Positions 1-11,740 of a DNA stretch of 64,000 nt are shown here, piece by piece. The first letter of the stretch is position 1. Each line of letters begins with the position of its first letter. The translations under genes and the position numbers were made by a program. The stretch covers positions 26,114,954-26,178,953 of the forward strand of contig CP154954.1 in NCBI GenBank assembly GCA_039621445.1. Reading direction: 5' to 3'. The notes below the pieces were generated by a model, which saw nothing but the letters and a program-made list of their open reading frames with translations, did not search any database and was not told where the DNA came from. This DNA comes from Euglena gracilis. Taxonomy: Eukaryota.

Positions 1-323
1 AGTCGTTTTTGTGGCTCACTTTGGCATAGGCGGGGGGGGGGGGGGCTCCGCCCCCCCCCCCCGCACCCCCCCCTCAAATAACAAAATCCCTTCTATGTTG
101 GCAAGACTTGGAGGGATAAGACCTTTTTTTGTGCAACTTTTGACTTATATTGAAAATCCAATGGGGAGAGGTGTTCTTTTGTCAAAAGTGGCCCAAAATG
201 GACATTTCCCCCCAATTTTTTTTTGCATATTCACCCCCGATTGGAGGGTTCTGGAGCCATTTGGGTGGGTTTTGACTGGTGTTGAGGTGATTTAGACGAA
301 ATTTTTTCCCAGGGGGGGGCTTA
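1..323. repeat. Terminal segment of a dispersed TE family, interrupted by later insertions; continues at 5116-5208 and ends ...CCCAGTCTA
   Basis: 1-323 joined to 5116-5208 is the reverse complement of the uninterrupted copy at 18251-18716. Confidence 0.85.
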
Positions 324-558
324 GGCCCCGGGCGGATGATTGGCTATGACGATCCCGGAGGTCGTACCGACCATGGTCGGCCCGACCTATGGTCGGCCCG
401 ACCTGGCCGTTATCGACCACTGGAGGTCGGGCCAGGTCGGCCCGACCTCCAATCAACCGCATTACCCCCCATTCTCTTAATTTGGCTGAAAATGCATAAA
501 AACACATTGGAATGACCTCCAAACTGGCAAAAAACGTCCCATTTTTGAAAAAATTCAA

Positions 559-2769
559 TTAGAGTTAGGGTTAGGGATACAGTTATGGTTAGGGTTAGGG
601 ATACAGTTAGGGTTAGGGTTAGGGAAACGGATAGGGTTAGGGCTGGGGATTAGGGTTAGGGTTAGGGATACGGTTAGAGTTAGGGTTAGGGTTAGAGTTA
701 GGGTTAGGGTTTCGGTTAGGGTTAGAGTTAGGGTTAGGGATACGGTTAGGGTTAGGGATAGGGTTAGAGTTAGGGTTAGGGATACGGTTAGGGCTGGGGA
801 TTAGGGTTAGGGTTAGGGATACGGTTAGGGTTAGGGCTAGGGTTAGAGTTAGGGTTATGGATACGGTTAGAGTTAGGGTTAGGGTTAGAGTTAGGGTTAG
901 GGTTTCGGTTAGGGGTTAGAGTTCGGGTTAGGGTTAGGGGTTAGGGATACGGATATGGTTCGGGTTAGGGTTAGGGTTAGGGTTAGGGATACGGTTAGGG
1001 TTAGGGCTAGGGTTAGAGTTAGGGTTAGGGCTACGATTAGGGTTTCGGTTAGGGTTAGAGTTAGGGTTAGGGATACGGTTAGGGCTGGGGATTAGGGTTA
1101 GGGTTAGGGATACGGTCAGTGTTACGGTTATTGTTAGGGTTAGGGATACGGTTAGGGTTAGGGTTCGGGCCAGGGATACGGTTTGAGTTTGGGTTGGGGA
1201 TACGGTTAGGGTTAGGGATGCAGTTAGGATTAGGGTTAGGGATACGGATAGGGTGCGGGTTAGGGTTAGGGTTAGGGTTAGGGATACGGTTAGGGTTAGG
1301 GCTAGGGTTAGAGTTAGGGTTAGGGATACGGTTAGGGTTTCGGTTAGGGTTAGAGTTAGGGTTAGGGATACGGTTAGGGTTAGGGTAAGGGTTAGGGTTA
1401 GGGTTAGGGATACGGTCAGGGCTGGGGATTAGGGTTAGGGATACGGTTAGTGTTATGGTTATTGTTAGGGTTAGGGATACGGTTAGGGTTAGAGTTCGGG
1501 CCAGGGATACGGTTTGAGTTTGGGTTGGGGATACGGTTAGGGTTAGGGATGCAGTTAGGGTTAGGGTTAGGGACACGGATAGGGTTCGGGTTAGGGTTAG
1601 AGTTAGGGTTAGGGCTAGGGTTAGAGTTAGGGTTAGGGATACGGTTAGGGCTGGGGATTAGGGTTAGGGTCAGGGTCAGGGTTAGGGTTAGGATTAGGGC
1701 TAGGGTTAGAGTTAGGGTTAGGGATACGGTTAGGGTTAGGGTAAGGGTTAGGGTTAGGGTTAGGGATACGGTCAGGGCTGGGGATTAGGGTTAGGGATAC
1801 GGTTAGTGTTATGGTTATTGTTAGGGTTAGGGATACGGTTAGGGTTAGAGTTCGGGCCAGGGATACGGTTTGAGTTTGGGTTGGGGATACGGTTAGGGTT
1901 AGGGATGCAGTTAGGGTTAGGGTTAGGGACACGGATAGGGTTCGGGTTAGGGTTAGAGTTAGGGTTAGGGCTAGGGTTAGAGTTAGGGTTAGGGATACGG
2001 TTAGGGCTGGGGATTAGGGTTAGGGTTAGGGTCAGGGTTAGGGTTAGGGTTAGGGCTAGGGTTAGAGTTAGGGTTAGGGATACGGTTAGGGTTAGGGTAA
2101 GGGTTAGGGTTAGGGTTAGGGATACGGTCAGGGCTGGGGATTAGGGTTAGGGATACGGTTAGTGATAGGGTTATTGTTAGGGGGTTAGGGATACGGTTAG
2201 GGTTAGAGTTCGGGCCAGGGATACGGTTTGAGTTTGGGTTGGGGATACGGTTAGGGTTAGGGATGCAGTTAGGGTTAGGGTTAGGCAGGGTTGATCAATT
2301 AACTGACTGTTTTGGGTCAACCGATTAAATTAACTGCCCCCCTCGGTTAACCGATTAACCGATATCCTGCAAGAGAAAGAAACTCAAACAGCATTTGAAC
2401 ATAATTCCTCCAAAAAATTTTCTAGCGAGAAGAAAAGGTATGTCACCTGTCCAGATATTCAAAGCCTTTAACCGATTGGTTAACTGACCCCCCCCTCGAC
2501 TAGTCGATTAACTGGGGGGGTCGTAGTCGATTAACCGAACTTTGGTTAACCATACAACCCTGGGTTAGGGACACGGATAGGGTTCGGGTTAGGGTTAGAG
2601 TTAGGGTTAGGGCTAGGGTTAGAGTTAGGGTTAGGGATACGGTTAGGGCTGGGGATTAGGGTTAGGGTTAGGGTCAGGGTTAGGGTTAGGGTTAGGGCTA
2701 GGGTTAGAGTTAGGGTTAGGGATACGGTTAGGGCTGGAGATTAGGGTTAGGGTTAGGGATACGGTTAGG
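559..2769 (+). repeat. Interstitial degenerate (TTAGGG)n array with a ~356-bp higher-order repeat
   Basis: TTAGGG mixed with TTAGAG, CTAGGG, ATACGG and TTCGGG variants; diagnostic GGGCCAGGGATACGGTTTGAG at ~1167, ~1498, ~1854 and ~2212. Confidence 0.95.
2286..2562. mobile_element. hAT-like MITE inserted in the telomere-like array
   Basis: TIR CAGGGTTG/CAACCCTG; subterminal TTAACCGA motifs; 7-bp TSD GGTTAGG (2279-2285, 2563-2569), confirmed against the uninterrupted HOR units. Confidence 0.85.
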
Positions 2770-4541
2770 TTATTTTGGGCGTGTGGGGGTCCGGGGGGGG
2801 GGGGGGCGGCACCCCCCCCCCCCGGAGGAGGCCGTAGGCCGACTAAGTTAGCACAAAGGGAGTTTGTTGGGGGGCGCGTTTTGGCCATCCTTGCCTTGCA
2901 CACACACAACAAGATTTTGTTACGGTGCGCGTTTTGTCCACCCTTGCCTTGCACACACAAGGGGATATTGTTATTTTGGGCGGGGGGGGGGGTCCGGGGG
3001 GGGGCGCCCCCCCCCCCCCGGAGGAGGCCGTAGGCCGACTAAGTTAGCACAAAGGGAGTTTGTTGGGGGGCGCGTTTTGGCCATCCTTGCCTTGCACACA
3101 CAAAAGGATTTTGTTAGGATGCGCGTTTTGTCCACCGTTGCCTTGCACACACAAGGGGATATTGTTATTTTGGGCGGGGGGGGTCCGGGGGGGGGGCAGC
3201 CCCCCCCCCCGGGGGAGGCCGTAGGCCGACTAAGCTGGCACAAAGGGAGTTTGTTGGGGGGCGCGTTTTGGCCATCCTTGCCTTGCACACACAAAAGGAG
3301 TTTGTTAGAATGCGCGTTTTGTCCACCCTTGCCTTGCACACACTACTACAAAAAAGAGGTGGCGGACGCCGGTTCTGTCCGAAGGACGGAACCGGCGTCC
3401 GGAACGCCGGGCTTTGGACAGAACCGGCGTCCGCCACCTCTTGTTTAAGCCGGCGTTTTAGAGACGCCGGGTTCAGGACAGAACCGGCGTCCCCAACCTT
3501 CGGCCAAAGGACACTCCCAGGACCAATCTCCGACCACTGATCTGCAATGTCACACCACTTTGCACTTCACCAAATTCCGGCGATCGCGAGGGTATTTCTG
3601 GCTGTGTCAATCGTCCAGGTATAAAATCACCCCTCGATCGAAAGCTCTTTTCATCAGACGACTGGCGATCACCACCAAATTCAGCCACACCGCCTGGAGC
3701 TCTTATTTTCTGTCACTGGGGAAGCCTAATTTCACAACTCTGGTGCCCCCCCAAGGCCCTCAGGTCGTTGATTCGAAGAGAAAAAACGTTTCTGTAGGGT
3801 TAATTCAGCATCTTAAACCAAAAGTCACTGAAAATTGCCACAAGTTTCGACTCAGATTCTGGCCGATCCGACCATCGCGAGCGTATCTCGGGCTGCGTGC
3901 AACGTTAGGGTACCAAGTTACCCCTCGATCGAAAGCTCTTTTCAACAGACGACCAGCGGTGCTCATCAGATCTTTCCACGCTGCACGGTACTCTATTTCC
4001 AAATCTGGGCCGATTTTCACCAAATTTGGATATCCATCCCACTGGTCCCATATGGCAAAATTCATTGTCCTTGATGGTTGAAACACTCATACCAGCACCT
4101 TAGGGCCACTTTTGGGCACTTTTGGTGACATTTTTAGGAATGAAAACCGGACGCCGGGCTTTGGACAAAACCGGCGTTCCTAACGCCGGGCTTTAGGACA
4201 GAACCGGCGTCCGGAAAGCCCGTGGGGGGGGGGACGCCGGTTCTGTCCTGAACCCGGCGTCTCAAACGCCGGCTTAAGGGGATATTGTTATTTTGGGCGG
4301 GGGGGTCCGGGGGGGGCGGCAGCCCCCCCCGGAGGAGGCCGTAGGCCGACTAAGCTAGCACAAAGGGAGTTTGTTGGGGGGCGCGTTTTGGCCATCCTTG
4401 CCTTGCACACACAAAAGGATTTTGTTAGGATGCGCGTTTTGGCCACCGTTGCCTTGCAGAAACAAGGGGATATTGTTATTTTGGGCGGGGGGGGGGCTGC
4501 AGCCCCCCCCCCCCGGAGGAAGCTGTAGGCCGACTAAGTTC
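2770..4541. repeat. ~195-200-bp tandem repeat (about 4.5 units) interrupted by a CACTA element
   Basis: Unit TTATTTTGGGCG...GGCCGTAGGCCGACTAAG...GCCTTGCACACACAAGGGGATATTG starts at ~2770, 2971, 3165, 4288 and 4476. Confidence 0.9.
3341..4277. mobile_element. Non-autonomous CACTA (En/Spm) element with the right terminus deleted
   Basis: Starts CACTACTACAAAAAA; multiple subterminal GACGCCGG/CCGGCGTC repeats at both ends; 3445-3494 is inverted at ~4230-4277; no GTAGTG end. Confidence 0.75.
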
Positions 4542-4851
4542 ATTAGGGTCTCTTTCTTTAACATGGGACGTTTTTTTGCCAGTTTCAACCTCATTCCAAT
4601 GCTTTTGCATGCATTTTGAGTCAAATTTTACTGAATACTGATTCAAGTTTCCGGGGGGGGGGAGGGGCTTAACTTTCAAAAAGGGGGGTGGTAATGCGGA
4701 TGATTGGAGGTCGGGCCGACCAGGTCGGCCCGACCTCCAATGGTCGATAGGCCATAGCCAATGGTCGGCCCGACCTAGGTCGGCCCGACCATGGTCGGTA
4801 CGACCTCCGGGATCGTCATAGCCAATCATCCGCACGGAGCCGGGGGCTTAA

Positions 4852-5115
4852 CGTGACCCCCCCCCCCCTATTTGGCCGCCCTCCGGGCGGCCCGGACCCC
4901 CCTTCTGGCCAATTAGGGGGGGGGGGCAAATTAGGGGGGGGGGTACCCCAAACCCCCCCCTAATTGGCCACCTGGGCCCCGTCCTTCATAGTCGCGAACA
5001 CCCGAAGAACACCCGAACAAAGGCATTTTCCCTTGAAATGAGTAACCCCCCCCCCTAATTGGCCACCTCGGCTCTGGCCAATTAGGGGGGGGGGACAAAT
5101 AGGGGGGGGGTCACG
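4852..5115. mobile_element. MITE flanked by TTAA (or TA); shorter relative at ~6138-6229
   Basis: TIR CGTGACCCCCCCCC.TATTTG / CAAATAGGGGGGGGGTCACG; TTAA at 4848-4851 and 5116-5119; absent from the paralogous sites at ~18411 and ~20493. Confidence 0.85.
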
Positions 5116-5217
5116 TTAAAAGTCGGCGGTTTTGACCCGTTAGTACATTAGAGTGGGTAGTCGGCCGACTAGTCGGCCGACTACCCACTACCCCCCCCCC
5201 CCAGTCTACCGTTTGGC

Positions 5218-5700
5218 ACTTATGGGGTCCGAAAGACATTCTTTTGAAGGAACCCACTGTACTTGCAGGTTTATTTTGTGCTCCATGCACCATTTGAAAA
5301 ATGTTCTGAGCATTGTGTTGAAGGGGTCTTTTTTGTTTTTCCCCTTTGTTCAGTAATAATAAATTATCTGATTGTCCACTGAAGTAAAACTGTTTCTCTA
5401 GGTTTTGTTAGGCTTTTTACGGTGCTTATTGCTTCACTTAGTTCTTTGACATTTATGTGCAGTGTGGACTTCTCCCTCCAACCTTCCTGAACAATGCCTC
5501 CTTTGTTGTTGTTTTTAATTCAAAGAATCTTGTACGATGCAATTGTCTCCTGGTTTCCAGCATGATACTGGGGAATTGTTTCCACCTTGCACAGATAAAC
5601 AGGAAATTTTTGGGGGGCTTTGTTCCACAATGTCTGCTTCGTTGCAAAATGGATAACATTTTTCACCAACAGGAATTCATTTGGGACGTCTTCATGTGTG
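5218..5700 (-). pseudogene. DIRS/Ngaro-type retroelement RNase H fragment (frameshifted)
   Basis: Manual translation: GIVQEGWREKSTLHINVKELSEAISTVKSLTKP / SVDNQIIYYY*TKG...FFKWCMEHKINLQVQWVPSKECLSDPIS, matching DIRS RNase H motifs HINxxEL, DN and WVPSxxNxADxxS. Confidence 0.75.
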
Positions 5701-6528
5701 GCAGCACGTCTACCCCACAATTTCAGGAATGTCCCAGATTTAGGTCCAGTGGCCATTATTTTTAGGTCCGGTGGACACTATTTTTAGGTTCAGTGGACAC
5801 TACTTTTAGGTTCTCTGGCCTGAATTTAGGTTCCGTGGCCCTCATTTTAAGCCCTGTGGCCACGATTCTCAGGTATGGTGGCCAACATTTCAGCCGTTAG
5901 CTGTAATTCAAGTTTTAGGTGGATGCTAATATTGGGGCAAAGTCCTAATTTTGGGTGGAAAATTTCTAATTTTTCGGTGCCAACTCCTATTTTGGGAGGA
6001 AATGCCAGGTTTTTATATCGAGAACTGTGTCCCAGACACCGCCTGGGACACCGGTTCGGGCGGTAGCCGAACCGGTGTCTGAGGACGCACGGTGTTGTGG
6101 TGCTTGTTTTGCAAAGTTTTTTTTTCATTTCACATGCATACCAACCCCCCCCATTTGGCCGCCCTCGGGGTGGCCCGGACCCCCCTTTTGGCCAAATCAG
6201 GGGGGGGGGGACAAATGGGGGTCATGTCAGATGGAAACTAGTTAAAAAAACAAAGTCAAGAAAGCGCGTTTTCTTTTTTCATTTTTTTTTTTTAAAAAAA
6301 CACATTCATGGTCTTGGTTGGAAAATCTTTCTTTTAATTTCAGTCTCCCCCCCTGCTTGGGATCAGACATTGGAATGGTTTCAAACAACAAAAGTAGGAA
6401 TAATGGCATCAAAATGGCTGATTTTGACTATTTTTGGGGAAAACAACCAAAAAGACTGGTTTTTGTGACAATTTGGTTGATTTTAGGTTCATCCTTGTGA
6501 TCAAGGAAGGGAAATTTGAAACCGTCAT

Positions 6529-6592
6529 CAAGGCTGGATCGAGGTTGAGGTATTGAGGTTGAGGTTGAGGTTGAGGTTGAGGTTTTCCAACC
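6529..6592 (+). repeat. Probable left end of a hAT-like element with (TTGAGG)n subterminal repeats; second block at ~8597-8650
   Basis: CAAGGCTGGATCGAGG(TTGAGG)n; matching right end not found. Confidence 0.5.
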
Positions 6593-6699
6593 TCCATCTT
6601 TCCTCAATGTCACCTCAATGCCAAAATCCAAAGGAAAACGACTCAACAACAAAGAGAATTGAAAAAGAGTGTTACAAAGAGAGGCAAATTACTTGGATT

Positions 6700-8398
6700 C
6701 AGGGTTCGGCGTTTTTTTCCGTTTCGAATAATTCGACTTTTTCAAAGTTGAATTATTCGAATTTTTTGTGAGGAAAATTTCCAAAAATTCCACAGGGTGA
6801 AGCACTGCAAGGGGGATCTGTTTTCCTTCCGCTGGCTACAGTCCTTCCCACGGTGACGGCATTTCCAAGGTACTCGCAGACAGAAAAAACACCTTCTCGA
6901 GAAGTGCTTCAGATAAATTTTGCCTGCCTTTGCGGAAAATCCCGCTCGTGACTCCAACCATACATCTCTCTAAGGTTTTGCGAACCCCCCCCCCCCGGGG
7001 GGGGGCGGCTGCAGCCAGGCCCGATTTGGGCCCCCAGCCCAGCCGCAGCAGCACCCCCCCCCCTCCTACATATTCCCCCTACACTTCCTTTCCTCAATCG
7101 CGTTTTCTTCTCCTTTATTTCCTTTTCACCCTTTTCCTCCTCTTATCCACCCCCCCCCGGGGGGGGTGCTGCTAGCCCAGCTAGCCAGCCTTTTTTGGGG
7201 GTCCAGCCCAAAATTTTTCGGCGCAAAGCGCCGAAATTTTTGAAAAACTGTGTTCAAAAGTGGCCAAAAATGGGGTTTGGGGGGCGTTTGGGGCATTTTT
7301 GGGGGGTTTCAGATGCATCATTTTTTCAAAACTGTGTTCTGCAGGTCATTTTTGGGCATTTTTCCGATTTCAGTCCAGCTCGCCCCGGTTCGGGTCCAGC
7401 CGGGGTCCAGCCCCTCCCCCCCCCCCGGGGGGGGGGGCGGGGTGGCCACCCAAAATTTCTACCCACCCAAAATTTCTAGCCCTGGCCCAGCAACCCCCCC
7501 CCCGGGTCCTTAGAGAGATGTATGACTCCAACGGGGTTTTTTTTTTGCCGGCCCCCCAAGCCATGGCCCCACAGTTGCAGAAGTCCACCCCCACTCCGCA
7601 GAACCCTCCCGATAAAATGGACAAAAAACCAACCCCCTCCCCCAGACCACCCCACCCGCAGAAGCCCCCCCCTCCCAGGCCACCCCACCCCGTACCGGGG
7701 GGGGGGGATTAAAGCTAGACAAAATTGGAAGCCGAAAAAATTGGTGCCAAACCTGAAAACAGCCCAGAAAAAATTGGCAGGTTTTGTTTGCAAGATGACT
7801 GGAAAAAGGGTGATTTTGAAATTTTTGAGGCAGGATTTTCAAAGCCGGAAAAATTTGGCAGGATTTCTGTACGCCAATATTTTCCCAATAAATTTTTTCG
7901 GCCTTCAATTTTTTCCCCCAGTAGAAGCCAAAACCCCCTGCACCAAACCCTCTCTACATCTAGCCCAAAACTAGCCAGCACTTCTGCCCAAAACTGGCCA
8001 CCACATGTGGCCGAAAACTGGCCACCACATCTGGTTCAAAACTGGCCGTTCTTTGCCATTGAAAAGCAAACAGGAACAGCAACAGGAACCAGAAAACTCA
8101 TTTCAAGCGTGATAAATTTCAGTAATTTCTTGCCCGTGAGATCTGAAACAGAGAAAAATGTACATTCACTGAAAGATTGGCAAATTCACCATATGCTCCT
8201 GCATCCGGCTGGCATCTTAGAGTTGTCTGCACAGTCCACAAAATGCAAGTCTCTTCCGCCGAGCACCAATAATTCTGATGAATTAGGAATACCAAGATTC
8301 GCGTTCCGCGATTTTTGAAATTTTCGAAAAATTCGAATTTTTCGAATTTTTCAATTGAAATGAAAAATTCCCAAAATTTCGAAATTTGCCGAACCTTG
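6700..8398. mobile_element. Non-autonomous hAT-like element
   Basis: TIR CAGGGTTCGGC/GCCGAACCTTG; TTCGAA subterminal motifs at both ends; degenerate 8-bp TSD CTTGGATT/GCTGGATT. Confidence 0.75.
6959..7524. mobile_element. MITE with 8-bp TSD (hAT- or P-like), nested in 6700-8398
   Basis: Perfect 17-bp TIR CATACATCTCTCTAAGG; perfect TSD ACTCCAAC at 6951-6958 and 7525-7532. Confidence 0.92.
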
Positions 8399-9108
8399 GC
8401 TGGATTTTTTCAAACATTGGGCAATTGGTCACTTATTTCAAGTTTTGAATCGGCACCCCACTATTGTTTCTTGTTTCCACCCACATATGTTGTAAATTGA
8501 CTTAAAAGCTGTCAAACTTGCCTTTGAGGAAGGGTTTAGAAGAGGAGATGGGCCAATCCATGCTTTTTGTGAGTTCATTTTTTTTGAATTTTGGACATTG
8601 AGGTAACATTGAGGTTGAGGTTGAGGTTGAGGTCGTTGACATTGAGGTTGAACTTTTTTTGAAATTTTCGGGTCCAAAAAGTGGTCATTTTTGGCCATTT
8701 TTGGACCATTTTTGCTCAGAAAAATTCCTTTTTCTTGGCTATGATAGGCACAGTGGGGGGAGGGGGGGGCCCGGGGGGGGGGGCGAGCGGCCGCGCAAGG
8801 GCCGCACGGGGGGGGGGGTCCCGGACCCCCCCCCCCCCCGAGCGGCGCGCCTAGCCTCCTTTGGGTTGGAACCAAAATTTTGTTCTCGAGACAGCCAAAT
8901 TTAGGAGGCTGATTCCTAATTCCGGGCAAAGTTGAGGTTGGTGATTCCTAATTTGGTGTGGGTGATTCCTAACTTGCGGTGGGTGATTCCTAATTTGGTG
9001 TGGGTTAGTCCTAATTTGCTGTGGTAGAATCCTAATTTGGCAAAGATTTTCTCGCAGCAAATTCCTAATTTCACCGTCCCAAAAATGGCGTCTCCCCCGT
9101 GTCACCCC

Positions 9109-9533
9109 CAGGGTTTGATATAAGGAGGGCGTATATGGTTTAGGTGGGGGGGTGTCCCCCCCCCCCCCCCCCCCCTCCTGGCCCGCAGGGGGGGTCCAGA
9201 CCTCCCCCCCCACCTGCCAGGGGGATCCGGACCGACCCTCGGGGGGTTTCCCGGCCCCCCCCCCAAAAAGGGTCAATTTTTTCCTCCGGCGCTTTGCGCC
9301 GAAATTTTTTTGCATTTTTGGCACATTTTTGCCCAAAAAGTGCCCAAAATGGCACTTTTGGTCGTTTTGGGGGGTCAAAAATTTTCGGCCCGGCGCTTCG
9401 CGCCGGGCCGAAATTCGGAAACCCAGACCGCGCACCTGTTTAGGTGGGGGGGTGTCCCCCCCACCCCCCCCCCCTCCTGGCTCGCAGGGGTGTCCAGACC
9501 TCCCCCCCCCTCCTGTCCTTATATCGAACCCTG
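9109..9533. mobile_element. hAT-like MITE; sister copy at 51636-53468
   Basis: TIR CAGGGTTTGATATAAGGA/TCCTTATATCGAACCCTG; perfect TSD GTCACCCC at 9101-9108 and 9534-9541. Confidence 0.92.
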
Positions 9534-9806
9534 GTCACCCCCCCCCCGCGTCCCAGACACCCCCATTGGGATGTGCCACTCAAAAAAAAAGGACACGTGC
9601 CTCTCAAATGAGAGCAGAGCTGGCGTTTTTTTTGTTTTTTTAAAAAACGTGTTTTTTTTTAAAAAAAAACGTTTTTTTTTGAAAATGAAATTTGACATAG
9701 GCGCTACCGTCTCCGTGGGTTCCAAAGTGGGACGCGGGGGGGACGCGGGGGGGACGCGGGGAAGACACCCCCAATGGTGTGCAAAGTCCTAATTTTGAAA
9801 GGTAAC

Positions 9807-10862
9807 CAAGGATGGATATTGGATGTCGGCCCATATCGGGTTTATCCAAAATCTTGCAGACAAGGTAGGGGGAGGAAGGGGGGGTCCAGATCCCCGTTTT
9901 TCTGTCCCGTATAGAGGGGGGGACGGGGGGTCCCGAAAATGGCCAACTGTACTGCCTATCCCCGAGACAGTTGCCATTGAAAATCGCTTAATTTTACGGT
10001 TTACGAAAAATCGTGGGCTGTTACCCGTATACAGGGTGTAAAACGGGTCAAGGGCGCCTTGACCCGTCATACGGCCTGTACACGGGTTATGCCCACGGTT
10101 TTTAGAAAATATTTGTTGCAATTGCGGAAAACGAGGCAAAAAAAGGCAGCAAATAAGCACGTTGGATTTCTTGTGTTTTGAAGCGCCTACCCTGTATTTC
10201 ATTGATGTGCTTCACGCCATGGTTTAGGGCACTTTCGGGGCGTTTTTTTTTGCCCAAAATTTTCTAAAAATCCTATTCACAAATACAGCCTGTATTCGTG
10301 AATAGAAAATACCGCCCTGTATTTTGTGTTCACACCCACGAAATACAGGGCAGGCGCCGGGCCTCTATTCACAGTTACAAGGACAAAAAGGGTTTTCAAT
10401 GCCTCGATGTCTTTTTGCCCTCCTATTTTGGGTTTCATTTTCAACCTATCTGATCAAAAAGGCCGTATTTTTAATTTTTTTAGATTATTCTGTGAAATTT
10501 CGCCAGTTTCACCTTTTTTTCTTTCATTTTCCACGAACTGTCTCAAAGTGGTAGGAAATGGGGGGGGTTTGGACCCCCTTTTTTCTGTCCTGTACAGGGG
10601 GGGGGAATGGCCATCTATACTGCCTTGTCTCCCTTGAATTTATCAGGTCCCGAAAAAATATCATGAAATATCGGCTTTATTGGGGTAACGCACTTTGTTG
10701 TTGTTGTTGTTGTTTGGCGATTTTGGAATTCTCCAAATCACAAAAAATGAGGCGCAAAAAGATCATATTGGTTTTTATCGACTTTCATCGACAATGTCGG
10801 GGTGCCAATCTATCCAAATTTATCGAGACTACCCCAAAAACCAGTACCAATATCTATCCTTG
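9807..10862. mobile_element. TIR element with 7-bp TSD containing a nested element; uninterrupted sister at 39112-39399
   Basis: TIR CAAGGATGGATATTGG/CCAATATCTATCCTTG; TSD AGGTAAC at 9800-9806 and 10863-10869. Confidence 0.85.
9857..10631. mobile_element. Nested TIR element with 5-bp TSD
   Basis: Ends CAGACAAGGTAG / CTGCCTTGTCTC; TSD TCTTG/CCTTG; the empty site is visible in the 39112-39399 sister. Confidence 0.65.
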
Positions 10863-10924
10863 AGGTAACACCGGGGGCGCTACACCCGTGACCCCCCCCC
10901 CCCCGTGACTCCCCCCGTGACCCC

Positions 10925-11740
10925 CCGTGACCCGAGAATCGAGCCTTCAATTTTCAGACAATGCATCAACCTTCATCACTTCAGCCTTTCTTTTCATTCA
11001 TTATTTCAGCCTGCTTTTTGATGTAGGTGGCGGCTTTGGTCGCATCAATTTTCTGGTTGAAACCATCCAAAATTTGCCTTGACATGGTCAAAAATGGAAA
11101 GAAATGCCAAGATTTGAGGTGAAACAATTTTCGACCCAAGCAATGGTGCCTTTTTGGCGTAGGGGGTTGTTCCCCCCGCCTCCCCCCCGCGCCCCCCCCC
11201 CCCCGCCTCCCCCCCGCGTCCCGGATTTTGGCCGGGCACATTTTTTGGTCGGCCAAAGGAAATTTGCATAGAAATTTAGGTGACACAAAAGAAAACGTGC
11301 GGAGGTTGTTGGGCCAGAGTTCTCCCCCGCGTCCCCCCCGCGTCCCCCCCCCGCGTCCCGTAGGAATTTGACCCAAATATGTCCCATTGATCCAAAGTGG
11401 CATATTTCCCCCGTGACCCCCCCCCGTGACCCCCGTGACCCGCACCACCCCCTTCACGTAGCAACATTTTTTGGGGGGCGCTGCCCCCGTGACCCCCCCC
11501 CGTGACCCCCCCGTGACCCCCCCGTGACCCGAGAATCGAGCCTTCAATTTTCAGACAATGCATCAACCGTCATCATTATTTCAGCCTGCTTTTTGATGTA
11601 GGTGGCGGCTTTGGTCGTTTTTCATCAATTTTCTGGTTGAAACCATCCAAAATTTGCCTTGACATGGTCAAAAATGGAAAGAAATGCCAAGATTTGAGGT
11701 GAAACAATTTTCGACCCAAGCAATGGCGCTTTTTTGGCGT
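10925..11740. repeat. Direct duplication (~230 bp, ~600-bp spacing) with CCCCGTGAC subrepeats
   Basis: CCGTGACCCGAGAATCGAGCCTTCAATTTTCAGACAATGC... at ~10925 and ~11522. Confidence 0.85.

Larger units (their letters stand above)
324..4841. mobile_element. Non-autonomous MULE/Mutator-like TIR element carrying a telomere-like array and nested insertions
   Basis: Long imperfect TIRs (GGCCCCGGGCGGATGATTGGCTATGACGATCCCGGAGG... from 324 vs ...CCTCCGGGATCGTCATAGCCAATCATCCGCACGGAGCC ending 4841, over 200 bp); perfect 9-bp TSD GGGGGCTTA at 315-323 and 4842-4850. Confidence 0.85.

Noticed and set aside
559-2769. True chromosome-end telomere, or PNPN/LGLG/RVRV proteins
   Set aside because: Degenerate, internal and enclosed by TIRs with a TSD; the ORFs are translations of the repeat
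6909-9792. Numerous Pro/Gly/Lys/Phe-rich ORFs
   Set aside because: Arise from G/C and A/T homopolymer-rich MITEs; overlapping in all frames with no domain signal
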